Below are positions 52,631 to 63,207 of a stretch of DNA of 64,000 bases, piece by piece (position 1 is the first letter of the stretch; each line of letters opens with the position of its first letter). The stretch is from an uncultured archaeon (GTDB lineage Archaea; Thermoproteota; Bathyarchaeia; Bathyarchaeales; Bathycorpusculaceae). The translations under genes were made by a program, and so were the position numbers. Location: assembly GCA_963782915.1 (NCBI GenBank), contig CAWALK010000001.1, positions 128,001-192,000 on the forward strand, written 5' to 3'. The notes beneath the pieces are model-generated. The model searched no databases. It worked only from the letters and a program-made list of their open reading frames with translations, and was not told where the DNA came from.

Positions 52631-52843
52631 ACGCCGAAAAAAGGCTACAAAACAATCACTGTAAAGACTGAAGTTTATGATTACTTCTTCCACGAATGGC
52701 TCAAAGTGAAAGAAGAATATACCATAACACATGGCATCCGAAGCTTCTCAGCCTACATCACCTACCGCTTAGCACAGCTGATAAGCCAAGACACCAATCA
52801 AAAGAGTAAAAATTCTGTATCTACAACTTTAAATAAGCCCTAA
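52631..52843 (+). CDS. RHH-like protein with apparent ACG start (70 aa)
   Basis: GAGGGG then ACG CCG AAA AAA GGC TAC: (M)PKKGYKTITVKTEVYDYF...GIRSFSAYITY; N-terminus parallels the divergent RHH gene. Confidence 0.65.
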   Translation, partial: TPKKGYKTITVKTEVYDYFFHEWLKVKEEYTITHGIRSFSAYITYRLAQLISQDTNQKSKNSVSTTLNKP

Positions 52844-52867
52844 GCTGACTTGTAGAGGGTAATAGTC

Positions 52868-53872
52868 ATGCCATGTTCAGTAATCGTCGGCGCCTTCTGG
52901 GGAGACGAAGGCAAAGGAAAAATAATCTCATATTTAGCACTCAAAGATAACCTTGATTTTTGTGTCAGAACAGGCTCAGTGAATGCAGCCCACACCGTTT
53001 GGTATGAAGGCAAAAAATATGCCCTCCACATGGTGCCAGCAGCATTCCTCAACCCAAAGACACGACTACTCATCTCAGCCGGCGCCAACGTCCACATTGG
53101 ACAATTCCAAAAAGAAATGGAACTAACACAAGTTGACGCCAAACGCATGGGTATCGATCAGAACGCCTCAATTATCGAGCAGAAACACAGCGACCAAGAC
53201 AAAGCCTCTGCATTCAACAAAGGCATAGGCACCACCGGATGGGGCGTCGGTCCAGCCATTGAGGACCGCGTAAGACGCACCGCCAAACTCGCAAAAGACA
53301 TGCCCGAACTCAAACAGTTCCTCTGCGATGGAATCCAAGAGGTCAACGACGGCTTAGACGAAGGCAAAAGCGTAATCTTGGAGGGCACACAGGGCTTCAT
53401 GTTATCACTATTCCTGAGTGGTGGCTACCCATATGTCACCGGCAGAGACACCGGCGCATCCGCCATAGCCTCCGAAGCAGGCGTAGGACCCACCAGAGTC
53501 GACGACGTCATAGTTGTCTACAAATCATTCATCACCCGCGTCGGCGCAGGACCATTACCCGGCGAAATCACCAAAGAAGAAGCCCAGAAACGCGGTTGGT
53601 TCGAAGTTGCCGCAGGCACAGGACGCGACCGCCGCTCAGCACCATTCGATTTCGACTTAGCTAAAAAAACCGCTAAAATCAACGGTGCCACACAAGGTGC
53701 AATGACAAAACTCGACGTAATCTTCCCAGCATGCAAGGGCTCACGCAAATTCGCTGACATGCCAAAAGAAGCTAAAGAATTCATAAAAGAAGTAGAAAAA
53801 CGCACAGGCATACCCATCACTTTAATCGGAACTGGTCCTGAAGCGTTAGATATCATCGACCGCCGAGCATAG
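52868..53872 (+). CDS. purA: Adenylosuccinate synthetase (short archaeal type)
   Basis: WGDEGKGKI, NAAHTV, EGTQGFMLS, YPYVT, TRVGAGP, TGRDRR, TKLD. Confidence 0.96.
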   Translation: MPCSVIVGAFWGDEGKGKIISYLALKDNLDFCVRTGSVNAAHTVWYEGKKYALHMVPAAFLNPKTRLLISAGANVHIGQFQKEMELTQVDAKRMGIDQNASIIEQKHSDQDKASAFNKGIGTTGWGVGPAIEDRVRRTAKLAKDMPELKQFLCDGIQEVNDGLDEGKSVILEGTQGFMLSLFLSGGYPYVTGRDTGASAIASEAGVGPTRVDDVIVVYKSFITRVGAGPLPGEITKEEAQKRGWFEVAAGTGRDRRSAPFDFDLAKKTAKINGATQGAMTKLDVIFPACKGSRKFADMPKEAKEFIKEVEKRTGIPITLIGTGPEALDIIDRRA

Positions 53873-53919
53873 GAACTTTTATTTCCTATCTCCTTTATCC
53901 TGTTTTAAGGCATGACTCT

Positions 53920-55056
53920 ATGTTAACGTCTGAACGTGCTACCAAAGCTCAAGCTAGCATTCTTATCCTATTGTTTGTGGCGGGATTGCTGGTTGGCGGA
54001 TTGCTCATATTCTACATGAATTATCGACAGGTATACAGTCTTAACACGCAAGTTCAACAGCTACAGAATCAAGTGGATAGCCTCCAGGGCTTCCAGAATG
54101 CTACCTACCAGAACATCACTATTTTGCAGAATGGCACTTCAATTGCAGAGTTATATGATAACGTGAGAGATTCAGTCGTGCTCATCCAGGGCGTAACAAG
54201 CAACGGTGGGGTACAGGGTTCAGGTTTCATCTATAACTTCGCAAACCGATATGTTGTATTAACGAATTATCACGTAGTCGAAGGCACAACCTCGCTAAGT
54301 GTCACTTTCTCCGATGGCAAAGGCTATGCAGCCACCATCTTGGGCACTGACCCCTACTCAGATTTAGCCGTTCTCTCAGTAAGCGGTAACCACGAATTAA
54401 AACCGGTAACAATCGTTAGCTCATCATCATTAACCGTGGGTGAACCCGTAATCGCAATCGGAAACCCCTATGGACTCGTCGGCTCCATGACAACCGGCGT
54501 CGTCAGCGCAGTAGGAAGAAGCATAACCGAAGACACTGCAGGCGGATACTCCATCGCCAATGTAATCCAAACAAGCACACCCATCAACCCCGGCAACTCA
54601 GGAGGATTACTCCTAAACTCCATGGGCAACGTAGTGGGCATAACAACCGCAATTGTTAGCGAATCACAGGGCTTAGGATTCGCCATTCCATCCAACGCCA
54701 TCTTACGTGAAATCTCTTCACTGATCAGTTCAGGCACCTACAAGGGGCACTCATACTTGGGCGTAACAGGAACAGACATGAGTTACAGTTTAGCCCAAGA
54801 AAGCGGCACCCCCGACTATACCTATGGCTGGAAAATCGCCACCATAACTCGCGGTGGACCAAGCGACGGCAAACTAACCGTAGACGATATAATAATTTCA
54901 ATGGACAATCAAACTATCCGCAACAACGATGACTTAGCAAGCTACCTCGAAGAACACACCCAACCAGGCGACACCTTAAGCTTAATGGTGGTTAGAAACA
55001 ATTCGCCAATACATGTAGAGTTGACTTTGGGCACTCGACCCGCCCCATCTACCTAA
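53920..55056 (+). CDS. HtrA/DegP-like trypsin serine protease with PDZ domain
   Basis: N-terminal TM and coiled coil; TNYHVV, DLAVL, INPGNSGG; C-terminal PDZ. Confidence 0.93.
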   Translation: MLTSERATKAQASILILLFVAGLLVGGLLIFYMNYRQVYSLNTQVQQLQNQVDSLQGFQNATYQNITILQNGTSIAELYDNVRDSVVLIQGVTSNGGVQGSGFIYNFANRYVVLTNYHVVEGTTSLSVTFSDGKGYAATILGTDPYSDLAVLSVSGNHELKPVTIVSSSSLTVGEPVIAIGNPYGLVGSMTTGVVSAVGRSITEDTAGGYSIANVIQTSTPINPGNSGGLLLNSMGNVVGITTAIVSESQGLGFAIPSNAILREISSLISSGTYKGHSYLGVTGTDMSYSLAQESGTPDYTYGWKIATITRGGPSDGKLTVDDIIISMDNQTIRNNDDLASYLEEHTQPGDTLSLMVVRNNSPIHVELTLGTRPAPST

Positions 55057-55220
55057 GTTAGCGCTTTTTTGCTATCTTTTTTCTTTATTTTTATCGAGCG
55101 CAATCCACTCAGGGTTCATGGAAAGGTAGATATTAAGCGCCTGCCACTGCAACAGTTGACTTACGCTTAGTCAAAAGCTATGCGTTGCGCTTAAAGAGCA
55201 GTCAAGGAGGGGAACATTGG

Positions 55221-56894
55221 ATGGATGAACTACAGGGCGTACTTAAAGGACACAAGATTGCCTATTTCTCGATGGAAGTAGGTTTAACCAATTCAATTCC
55301 AACCTACGCCGGCGGTTTAGGTACCTTAGCAGGCGACGCCATCCGATCCAGCGCAGACTTAACAATTCCCCTAGTCGCAGTCACATTAATCAGCAAACGT
55401 AATTATTTTAGGCAAAAACTCGATGCAAACGGTAGACAGACCGAATTACCGAATGAGTGGGCACCAGAAAAACAGATGACCCTTTTGCCCAACGAAGTAA
55501 ACGTGCAGATTGAAGGACGAACAGTAAAAGTCAAAGCTTGGCTCTACAAGTACCAAAGCATCGCCGGCGGAGTCGTCCCAGTAATATTCTTAGACACAGA
55601 CTTCGATACTAATGCCCCTCAGGACCGTGAAATCTCGTTTTACCTCTACGGCGGCGATGAACGCTACCGCCTAAAACAGGAAGCCATATTGGGTTTTGGC
55701 GGCGTACGCATGCTCGACGCCCTCGGGTTTAGCGTTAGAAAGTATCACATGAATGAGGGTCACTCGAGCTTTTTAGCAGTTGAACTCATGCGCAAATACG
55801 CCATGGATGAAGAAAAAGTCAAAGAACTCTGCGTCTTCACCACTCATACCCCAGTTGAGGCTGGGCATGACAAATTCAGCTATGACTTAATCCGTGAAGT
55901 GCTGGAAACCGTCGATTTAAGTGTACTCAAGGATTATGGCGGCGAAGAACAACTAAACATGACCTGCCTAGCACTTAACCTAAGCAACTACGTCAACGGC
56001 GTAGCTAAACGGCACCAAGAAATCTCCAAAAAAATGTTCGCTGGATACGAAATTCACGCAGTAACCAATGGTGTCCACTCTTACACTTGGACTGGTGAGA
56101 GGTTCCGTAAACTTTTCGATAAGTACCTGCCGGGCTGGGCAATAGAACCAGAACTTCTTGCAAAGGTTGATTTGGTTCCTGACGGCGAAATCTGGCAAGC
56201 TCATCAACAACAAAAACAAACCCTAATCGACTATGCCAACAAAGCCAGAAACGCCAACCTCGACCCCGAAGTATTCACCTTAGGCTTCGCACGACGCTCA
56301 ACCGAATACAAACGGGCAACTTTACTATTCTCCAATCTTGACAGATTGCGTTCGATTAGCCGCAAAACAAAAATGCAGGCAATATATGCGGGCAAAGCGC
56401 ATCCACGAGATGAAGGCGGCAAAAAACTCATCGAACAAATCTACAGCTATGCCCAGCAACTAAAAGGCGACATCGAAATCGTTTATCTAGAAAACTATGA
56501 CATGGATATCGCTGCTAAGATGGTTGGTGGAGTTGATGTCTGGCTCAATACACCTCTGCGTCCCATGGAGGCTTCAGGCACTAGCGGAATGAAGGCAGCG
56601 CATAATGGCGTCATGAACTTCAGTGTATTGGATGGCTGGTGGATTGAAGGTTGGATAGAAAACTTAACTGGTTGGGCAATCGGACCTCACCCAGACGAAA
56701 TTCTCGACGATGCTGCCTGTTTTAGAAAAGAACTCGAAGACCTATACAATAAACTTGAATACGTTATAACGCCAGCTTTCTATGACCGCCGTGACGAATG
56801 GATTTGGCTAATGAAGAACTCCATAGGTAAAGTCGCTTACTACTTTAACAGCCACAGAATGATGCGGCGGTATGTAACCGAAGCTTACCTCTAA
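55221..56894 (+). CDS. glgP: Alpha-glucan (glycogen/maltodextrin) phosphorylase
   Basis: YFSME, YAGGLGTLAGD, HMNEGH, FTTHTP, GKAHP, EASGTSGMKAA. Confidence 0.93.
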   Translation: MDELQGVLKGHKIAYFSMEVGLTNSIPTYAGGLGTLAGDAIRSSADLTIPLVAVTLISKRNYFRQKLDANGRQTELPNEWAPEKQMTLLPNEVNVQIEGRTVKVKAWLYKYQSIAGGVVPVIFLDTDFDTNAPQDREISFYLYGGDERYRLKQEAILGFGGVRMLDALGFSVRKYHMNEGHSSFLAVELMRKYAMDEEKVKELCVFTTHTPVEAGHDKFSYDLIREVLETVDLSVLKDYGGEEQLNMTCLALNLSNYVNGVAKRHQEISKKMFAGYEIHAVTNGVHSYTWTGERFRKLFDKYLPGWAIEPELLAKVDLVPDGEIWQAHQQQKQTLIDYANKARNANLDPEVFTLGFARRSTEYKRATLLFSNLDRLRSISRKTKMQAIYAGKAHPRDEGGKKLIEQIYSYAQQLKGDIEIVYLENYDMDIAAKMVGGVDVWLNTPLRPMEASGTSGMKAAHNGVMNFSVLDGWWIEGWIENLTGWAIGPHPDEILDDAACFRKELEDLYNKLEYVITPAFYDRRDEWIWLMKNSIGKVAYYFNSHRMMRRYVTEAYL

Positions 56895-56980
56895 GTAAGC
56901 GGTTGAAATTAACAGTTAATAACTCCAAATAGCTTCTCTATTTAGCGGATTTTTCCCTCTTCTATCCCTGAGTTGATTTT

Positions 56981-58426
56981 TTGGAGTACAAATGGTTAGC
57001 TTTAACCGTTACTACCATCGGCGTTTTAATGGTTGGCATAGACACACGAATAGTCATAATCGGGTTGCCACAGGTTTCCGCGCAGCTGGGCGCCGATATT
57101 GAACAGGCCATTTGGATAACACAGGCTTACACATTAACCAACACTTTGATGTTATCGCTGATTGGTAGGTTGGGGGATATTTTTGGCAGAGTTAAAATAT
57201 ACATGTACGGCTTTGCCATATTCACCATCGGCTCCGCTTTAACTAGCATTGGCACCAACCCGACGGAGGTTATCTTTTTTAGGGGTGTACAGGGTATTGG
57301 GGCAGCGTTAGTATTCACTAACAGCATCGCAATTTTAACTGATTCAGCGCCAAGGCGGCAACTCGGCTTGTTTTTGGGTATAAACCAAATTGCATTCCGC
57401 GCTGGCGCACTCCTGGGTTTAACCCTTAGCGGTTTGATCCTGTCTTTTCTGGATTGGCGGGCATTGTTCTACATCAATATACCCATCGGCATCTTCGGCA
57501 CGCTTTGGGCAAGGCACACACTAAAAGAGACTGCATTGCTGGATAAGAATCGGCAAATCGACTGGATAGGATTCGTGCTGTTCACTGCTTTCCTGTTTTG
57601 CCTCATGGTTGGCTTAACCTTCGCTGCTTATGGCTCAAGCGGATTAACCTATGCATATGTTCTTTTAGCGGCTTCAGTTGTATTCATAGTTGTTTTTTTG
57701 GCGTATGAACGAAAAGCCAAGTATCCACTGATTTACCTGAGGGTTTTTCGAATCCGCCAAGTTTCAGGCGGCTTATTCGCCCTGCTCTTTAACATCATCA
57801 CATGGACAGCTGTTTTGCTGTTGCTGAGCTTGCAGTTTCAGTTGGTCAACGGCGAAAGCCCCTTGGAGGCGGGTCTGCGAATTTTGCCCTTCGAAATCGC
57901 TTTTTTAGCCATCGGACCATTAAGCGGCAGATTAGCAGACAAATATGGGCAATCACAATTCGTAATCACAGGCTTAATCCTAAGCACCATAGCGCTTTTC
58001 CTGTTTTCAACCACCGACCAAACAACGCCTTATTCGATTTTAAGCATCTATATGGTTATGCTGGGTTTGGGCACAGGTTTGTTTGTTGCGCCTAACCTGC
58101 GGGCAGTAATGAGTTCGGTTCCAACAGAGCGGCATGGTGTCGGCTCAGCGCTGTTTACGCTCTTCTTGAACATTGGTTTAACCGTGAGCCTCAACTTAAC
58201 GGTACTTATAATGTCGCTGACTGCACCCTATGACCTCATAACGCAGATTATCGGCGCTGTTAATCCCCAGAGTATCTCTGCTGCGGGGAGAACGCTCTTT
58301 GTTGATAGCCTCAAAAACACCTATTTTGCGTTTGCCATCATTAACGCCTTTGCGCTTGTTCCAGCGATTATCGGAGGCAGAATTAAAAGGCAAGATGACA
58401 GCGGCGAACCGACGGCAGCAGGGTAA
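56981..58426 (+). CDS. MFS transporter (DHA2/EmrB-QacA-like)
   Basis: About 14 TM segments; GRLGDIFGR, WRALFYINIPIG, GRLADKYG. Confidence 0.92.
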   Translation: MEYKWLALTVTTIGVLMVGIDTRIVIIGLPQVSAQLGADIEQAIWITQAYTLTNTLMLSLIGRLGDIFGRVKIYMYGFAIFTIGSALTSIGTNPTEVIFFRGVQGIGAALVFTNSIAILTDSAPRRQLGLFLGINQIAFRAGALLGLTLSGLILSFLDWRALFYINIPIGIFGTLWARHTLKETALLDKNRQIDWIGFVLFTAFLFCLMVGLTFAAYGSSGLTYAYVLLAASVVFIVVFLAYERKAKYPLIYLRVFRIRQVSGGLFALLFNIITWTAVLLLLSLQFQLVNGESPLEAGLRILPFEIAFLAIGPLSGRLADKYGQSQFVITGLILSTIALFLFSTTDQTTPYSILSIYMVMLGLGTGLFVAPNLRAVMSSVPTERHGVGSALFTLFLNIGLTVSLNLTVLIMSLTAPYDLITQIIGAVNPQSISAAGRTLFVDSLKNTYFAFAIINAFALVPAIIGGRIKRQDDSGEPTAAG

Positions 58427-58485
58427 ATCAACTGAGACATATTTCCTTTATATGAAAAGAAGGTCGAATTGGCTGCTATACAGTC

Positions 58486-58702
58486 GATCAAAATCTGGTT
58501 GAGTTCTTGTTTTTCTTTAGTTGTTGTTGCTAAAAACCGCCTATACACAACAACAACCAGCGGCGTTTGGGGGCGGTTGTGTTTTGGGTTCTGCGTTTGG
58601 ATTGGGTTGCTGGTTGGTTGCGGAGTTTTTTGCAAGCAGAACTGAAGCTATGTTGGAACCTGCTACCTACCTCAGAGCACCTACCCCCTCCCTTATATAA
58701 AG
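58486..58702 (-). repeat. Composite intergenic repeat copy (modules A-C-B)
   Basis: Same module order as 2521-2807; perfect GTTGTTGTTG...CAACAACAAC hairpin in module B. Confidence 0.88.
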
Positions 58703-58777
58703 AGCCAAAAGCCAACATTACAGGAGAGTCTGCTGCTCATTTTCTTGGTTTTGATTTGTGTGGCTACGGCTTGAAAT

Positions 58778-60079
58778 TTATTTTCTCGAAAAATCAAAAT
58801 AAGTAGCATTAAGAAAAGCTGTCGGTTTTTCTTGTTTTTTTGAAAAGACGTAAATAGCTACTATCAAAACTGTAATAACTCCCACGACGAGCCACAGCAG
58901 CATTAAGGGCACCCCAACAGGTGGTGTCGGAGTGGGTCCTATTGTTGATGCAAATCCCGAAGTAGTGGCATACATCAACGGAACAACGCGATCACCCACG
59001 TTTACGGGTTGACCCCGATAAATAATATGTGGATTACCGTCGGAGTCTACGACCATTGGGCCGGCGCTAGTTGTATGTGAATCTATTGTTTGGCTGCTCC
59101 ATACGGTGCCATTCCACTCAGAGTACACTAAATCGCCTATCGAAGAATCGGAACCCCGAAGGTGATAGTTGATATGAGGGTTATCATGCGAATCTAAAGC
59201 CAAGTAACCAGCACTAAAATCTCCGTTTGTATCCGAGGGGATTACTTGACTGCCCCAGGCAGTGCCGTTCCAACTGGCATAGTAAAGAACATAGTCATTG
59301 GTCCTATTTGTTGCTCCTTTCATCAAATAGGTAAAGTGGGGAAAACCATTCGAGTCTAACACCAAATTTTCGTTTCCGTGCACGTTTGTAACTACAGTTT
59401 GAACGTTCCACGATGAATTGTTCAAAGTAGCATATTTTATTGTCGGTTGACGTATTCCCCGATTCATAACCATAAAGTATCTGAGGTGAGCCCTGTGTGT
59501 CTAATGCCAAATAAACATCAAAAATTAGTTCTGAGGTGTTATCGACTGTTTGGATATTCCACGCTGACCCCGTCCCACACAGCGTATTTTAGTATTAGCG
59601 GGTACTGATGGACCATTCGTAGTGTATGCAACATGAGGGTTGCCAGCTGAATCGAGTGCAAGTGAGCCATCTATTCCCTCATCATCTATTAATTGGGTAT
59701 AAGTCAGTATTGATCCAGGTGTCCAAGTTGCATATCTAAGACCCATAGCGTTTGAACGATATATTATGTGTGGGTTGTTGTTGGTGTCTAGCTTGAAATC
59801 TTGCAGGAAGACACCTTTTGTAACGGTTTGGTGGTCCCAAGAAGATCCTGTCCATGTTGAATAGATTAAATCTACTGGGCTTCGGTAATTGCCGTTTTCG
59901 TATTCGCCATAGAGTACATGAAGATTACCTGCTGAATCAATGGCGATTTCCCCGACGCCAGCGCCGTTTTTGGTTAGAGTCTGGTTGTCCCAAGCATACC
60001 CAGCATTAACCGATTGAGCGCCCAATAATATGGCAAATAGGATTAACAAAATTAATGAAGTAACTTTGTAACAACCCAA
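58778..60079 (-). CDS. Secreted beta-propeller-like repeat protein with C-terminal TM anchor, split by frameshifts
   Basis: Repeated ALDSxGNPHIxY / YATW(N)GxxW units across ORFs 59525-60079, 59304-59510 and 58778-59473. Confidence 0.75.
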
Positions 60080-60223
60080 TTAATGACACCCATTTAATTG
60101 CAATAGCGCATCCTATGGGTAATATAATTTTCTAAAACCAGCAAAATTTCAAAGCTCTTGAGAAAAGAGAGCGTTTCTAAAAGCATGCCTGCTGCGGATT
60201 GGGTGGTTTTGTCGGTTTGATAA

Positions 60224-60976
60224 TTAAGCCTGTGGTTTTGAAGAATTGTTTTTGTTCATCCAGTCATGCGCAAAAACTTCCGCTTCGCCGCTCTCAACAG
60301 CCCCCACAATCAATTTAGCAACGAATTCAGCGGAATCCGCTTTTGCATAAGCTTGCTGCCCCTCAAAAGTTTCCTCCTGAGTTTCAACGCCTGCGTCTTT
60401 GATGGTGTTCTTCTCAAAATCCGTCAAGGTAATGTAGGGGTAAACTACGGTGACGGCTATGTTGTCATCTTTTAGCTCTTCTCTTGCGGTTAAGCTAAGT
60501 TGCGCCAACGCCGCCTTCAACGCAGAATACGCTCCCATATCGGGCAGCTGCATAAGCGCCGTTCCCGAACTGACATTAACGATTGCGCCGCCGCCCTGCA
60601 TACGCATCACAGGAACCACCTCTTTTAAGGCTACCACTGGACCCACAACATCCAAATCAAACAGGTACTGAAACGCACACAAGTTTGTTTTCTCCACTGG
60701 CGCATCATATCCTTGCCCCGCATTGTTAACTAAAATATCGATTCGCCCAAAGTGCCCAAGTACCGCTTTAACCATCCCAACAATTTCGTCTGGCTTGGAG
60801 ATATCCGTCGGAAATGCTACCGCTTCGGGTAGTTCTTTTGCGAGTTTCTCAAGTTTATCTTTTGAGCGGGCAACCAACGCAAGCTTCACGCCCTTGCTGG
60901 ATAAGAGTTTGGCAGTGGCATACCCGATGCCTGACGATGCGCCCGTAACTACAGCGACTTTTGCTTTAACATCCAT
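60224..60976 (-). CDS. Short-chain dehydrogenase/reductase
   Basis: TGASSGIG, NNAG, YSALK. Confidence 0.93.
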   Translation of the reverse strand: MDVKAKVAVVTGASSGIGYATAKLLSSKGVKLALVARSKDKLEKLAKELPEAVAFPTDISKPDEIVGMVKAVLGHFGRIDILVNNAGQGYDAPVEKTNLCAFQYLFDLDVVGPVVALKEVVPVMRMQGGGAIVNVSSGTALMQLPDMGAYSALKAALAQLSLTAREELKDDNIAVTVVYPYITLTDFEKNTIKDAGVETQEETFEGQQAYAKADSAEFVAKLIVGAVESGEAEVFAHDWMNKNNSSKPQA

Positions 60977-60984
60977 AAAAATCG

Positions 60985-61558
60985 CTAGTCAATCCGCTTA
61001 AGCACTACTGCAGGGCGTTTTGGCGGTGCCTCAGGGAAGCTCTTGGTGTAACCAAAGACTATGGCTGCATGGATTTCATGATCGTTGGGAACGCCGAGTT
61101 CAACTTTTATTTTTGGGTCATTCGCAATTCCAACCGCCGTACCAATCCAGCAGCTGCCAATGCCCAGCGAATAGGCTGCAAGCATCATATTCTGCGCTGC
61201 CATGGAACAATCATACACTGCATAAGGCGATTTGACGCCGCTTACAAAAACTAACAGGGGTGCATTGTAGAAGATGTTGTAGTTGGGGTCGGATAACCGC
61301 TTTTTTAATCCCATTAAGCCTTCGTCGCCGACATCTGGCAGCATGTGGAGCAACGCGGGTTTTGCTGTGTCTGAGAGTTGCTTCATGGCTTCTTTGTTGG
61401 TTATTAAGTGAATTTCCAAGGTTGAATGTTGATGGCGGATGGTGCATAAGTTGCTGCTTCCAGCAACGTTTGGATTGCTGATTCAGGAATGAGGTTTTTC
61501 TTCAAAACTTCGGATAGCTCGTCTAGATTTTATAGCCTGAATAACTGGATTTGAGCAT
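60985..61558 (-). CDS. Nitroreductase family protein (several indels in the 5' part)
   Basis: Reconstructed N-terminus IKSRRAIRSF...APSAINIQPWKF; C-terminal DCSMAAQNMMLAAYSLGIGSCWIG. Confidence 0.85.
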
Positions 61559-61621
61559 AAAAAAATTCCTCAACATTAGAGGAAGATTGGTGATTTATAA
61601 AAACGATTCTGCTCACCGCGT

Positions 61622-62032
61622 TCAAGCAACTTTTTGCTGGGCAGTAACCAGATAAGCTGGCAGACTCTCGATGCATTGAACCTCATGACCCACCAAAGCC
61701 CTTAACTCACGTCGAAACCTAACGTTTACTTTGATTTTTGCTCTCTCCAAATCACGGTGCAACCGTTCCGTGCCTTCCCTGCCTCTACGGTCAAAATCCA
61801 ACAGCAAAATAACTTCGCGGGCACCAAGATTTTCTATTTCTGTAGTGGCTTCCAAAAAAGATTTACCGCCTGTCTTCACAGTCACCACGGTGCCAGTTAT
61901 GCCGAGTTCTTCAAGGGCTTGGGCGTCTTTTTTGCCCTCAACAACTATGGGTTTGCCCTTCGCTGACTCCTCAGCCAATTTGGCTATAATTAGCTCAATC
62001 TTTTCTAGGCGGTCTTTTAGGTGCGTGGACAA
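61622..62032 (-). CDS. Small Toprim-domain protein
   Basis: IVVEGKKD, ILLLDFDRRG. Confidence 0.88.
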   Translation of the reverse strand: MSTHLKDRLEKIELIIAKLAEESAKGKPIVVEGKKDAQALEELGITGTVVTVKTGGKSFLEATTEIENLGAREVILLLDFDRRGREGTERLHRDLERAKIKVNVRFRRELRALVGHEVQCIESLPAYLVTAQQKVA

Positions 62033-62037
62033 GGAGT

Positions 62038-63127
62038 TTACCTTGTAATTTTAGCTTGACGCACCGTCTCCAAGCAATCAGCTGCTTCCTTGTTGTTAGC
62101 GAAGTATCGGCGGACTGGCTCCAAAATCTCCCCAAGCGAGGTGGCGACGCCGCTTTTAAGATCCATCGGATGCAGTTTACCCTCAACATAGCATGCTTCG
62201 AGTTCTTGGAAGCTATGGAATTCTACGTTGCCGCCGAATTTAGCTGGACGCTCGATTTTGAGGCAGTCTTTTTCGCGGAAGACAATGTATTTGCAGATGT
62301 CCATTATAGGATTGTACTTGACGGTTTTTTCGGGGCAGAACGATTTTGATAGTTTCTGCTTGATTTCTTCAGGTGTGTCGTAGATGAAGATGCATGTGTC
62401 AGGTTTGCTCTTTGACATTTTAGCTGATGCTATGGCTTCGCGTTCTTGACCTTCAGGAATAGGCCAAACAGCGGGTTTCGCTAAGTCCTTGAAGCAGGTG
62501 ATGGTGGATGCAGACGGGTTTCCAGTAACCGATTTTTTCGCCGATTTCTCTGGCAACCATGTTTGCTTTGCGCTGGTCCATGCCGAGTTGGCACATTTTA
62601 ACGTTCATTTCGAATATGTCCGCGACCTGCATGGGTGTGTAGAGGTAGTCGCTGACGTAGTGGGCTTCGCCTTCTTTTCTTCCAGCAATCTCAAGTGTGC
62701 GGGTGGTTCGGGCGATGGTGAGTTCTTTGGCTATGGCCATTGTTTTTGCCCAGTAAGCCAAATCATTGTATAACTCGTCTGAGTAGATGAATTCTACTTT
62801 GTCCGCTGGGACGCCTAGTGCGATCCAGCTGTGGCGGAAAAGGTCGGCTGCTTTGCGGATAAGTGCGAGGTCTCCGCCGAGTTTATTGTTCAAGTAAGCG
62901 TGCCATGTGGCTAGGAACACTTTGAAGCGTATGCCTGCTTCTGTGAAGTCTTTCATTTTGTAAGCGCAGATAACGCCAGTGCCTAAATGTACGAGTCCTG
63001 AGGGTTCAAAACCGTTGTAGGCGATTGGGTGCTCCTCAGTTTCTAGTAGTGCTCGTAGGTCTTCTTGGGTTACGACTTCTTCGGTTGGCAGTCTGCAGAT
63101 GAGCTCGATTTTTCTTTCGATGTCCAC
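62038..63127 (-). CDS. tyrS: Tyrosine--tRNA ligase (frameshift near 62487)
   Basis: YNGFEPSGLVHLG, YTPMQVADIF, GMDQRK, KMSKSKP, LHPMDLK. Confidence 0.95.
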
Positions 63128-63207
63128 TATTATTCCAGCTTTCTCTTGATTATTAGCCTTTAATGCTATTGTTGAACTTAAGAATTTAGAGTTAATTTTC
63201 GCGGGCG

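Noticed and set aside
58321-58806. Short ORFs across the repeat (also 41242-41540, 38235-38588, 24200-24460)
   Set aside because: Translations of non-coding repeat modules; shared peptides such as LPTSEHLPPPL only reflect the DNA repeat
62038-63127. Naturally split or programmed-frameshift tyrS
   Set aside because: A single extra base with no slippery site; matches the window-wide indel error pattern
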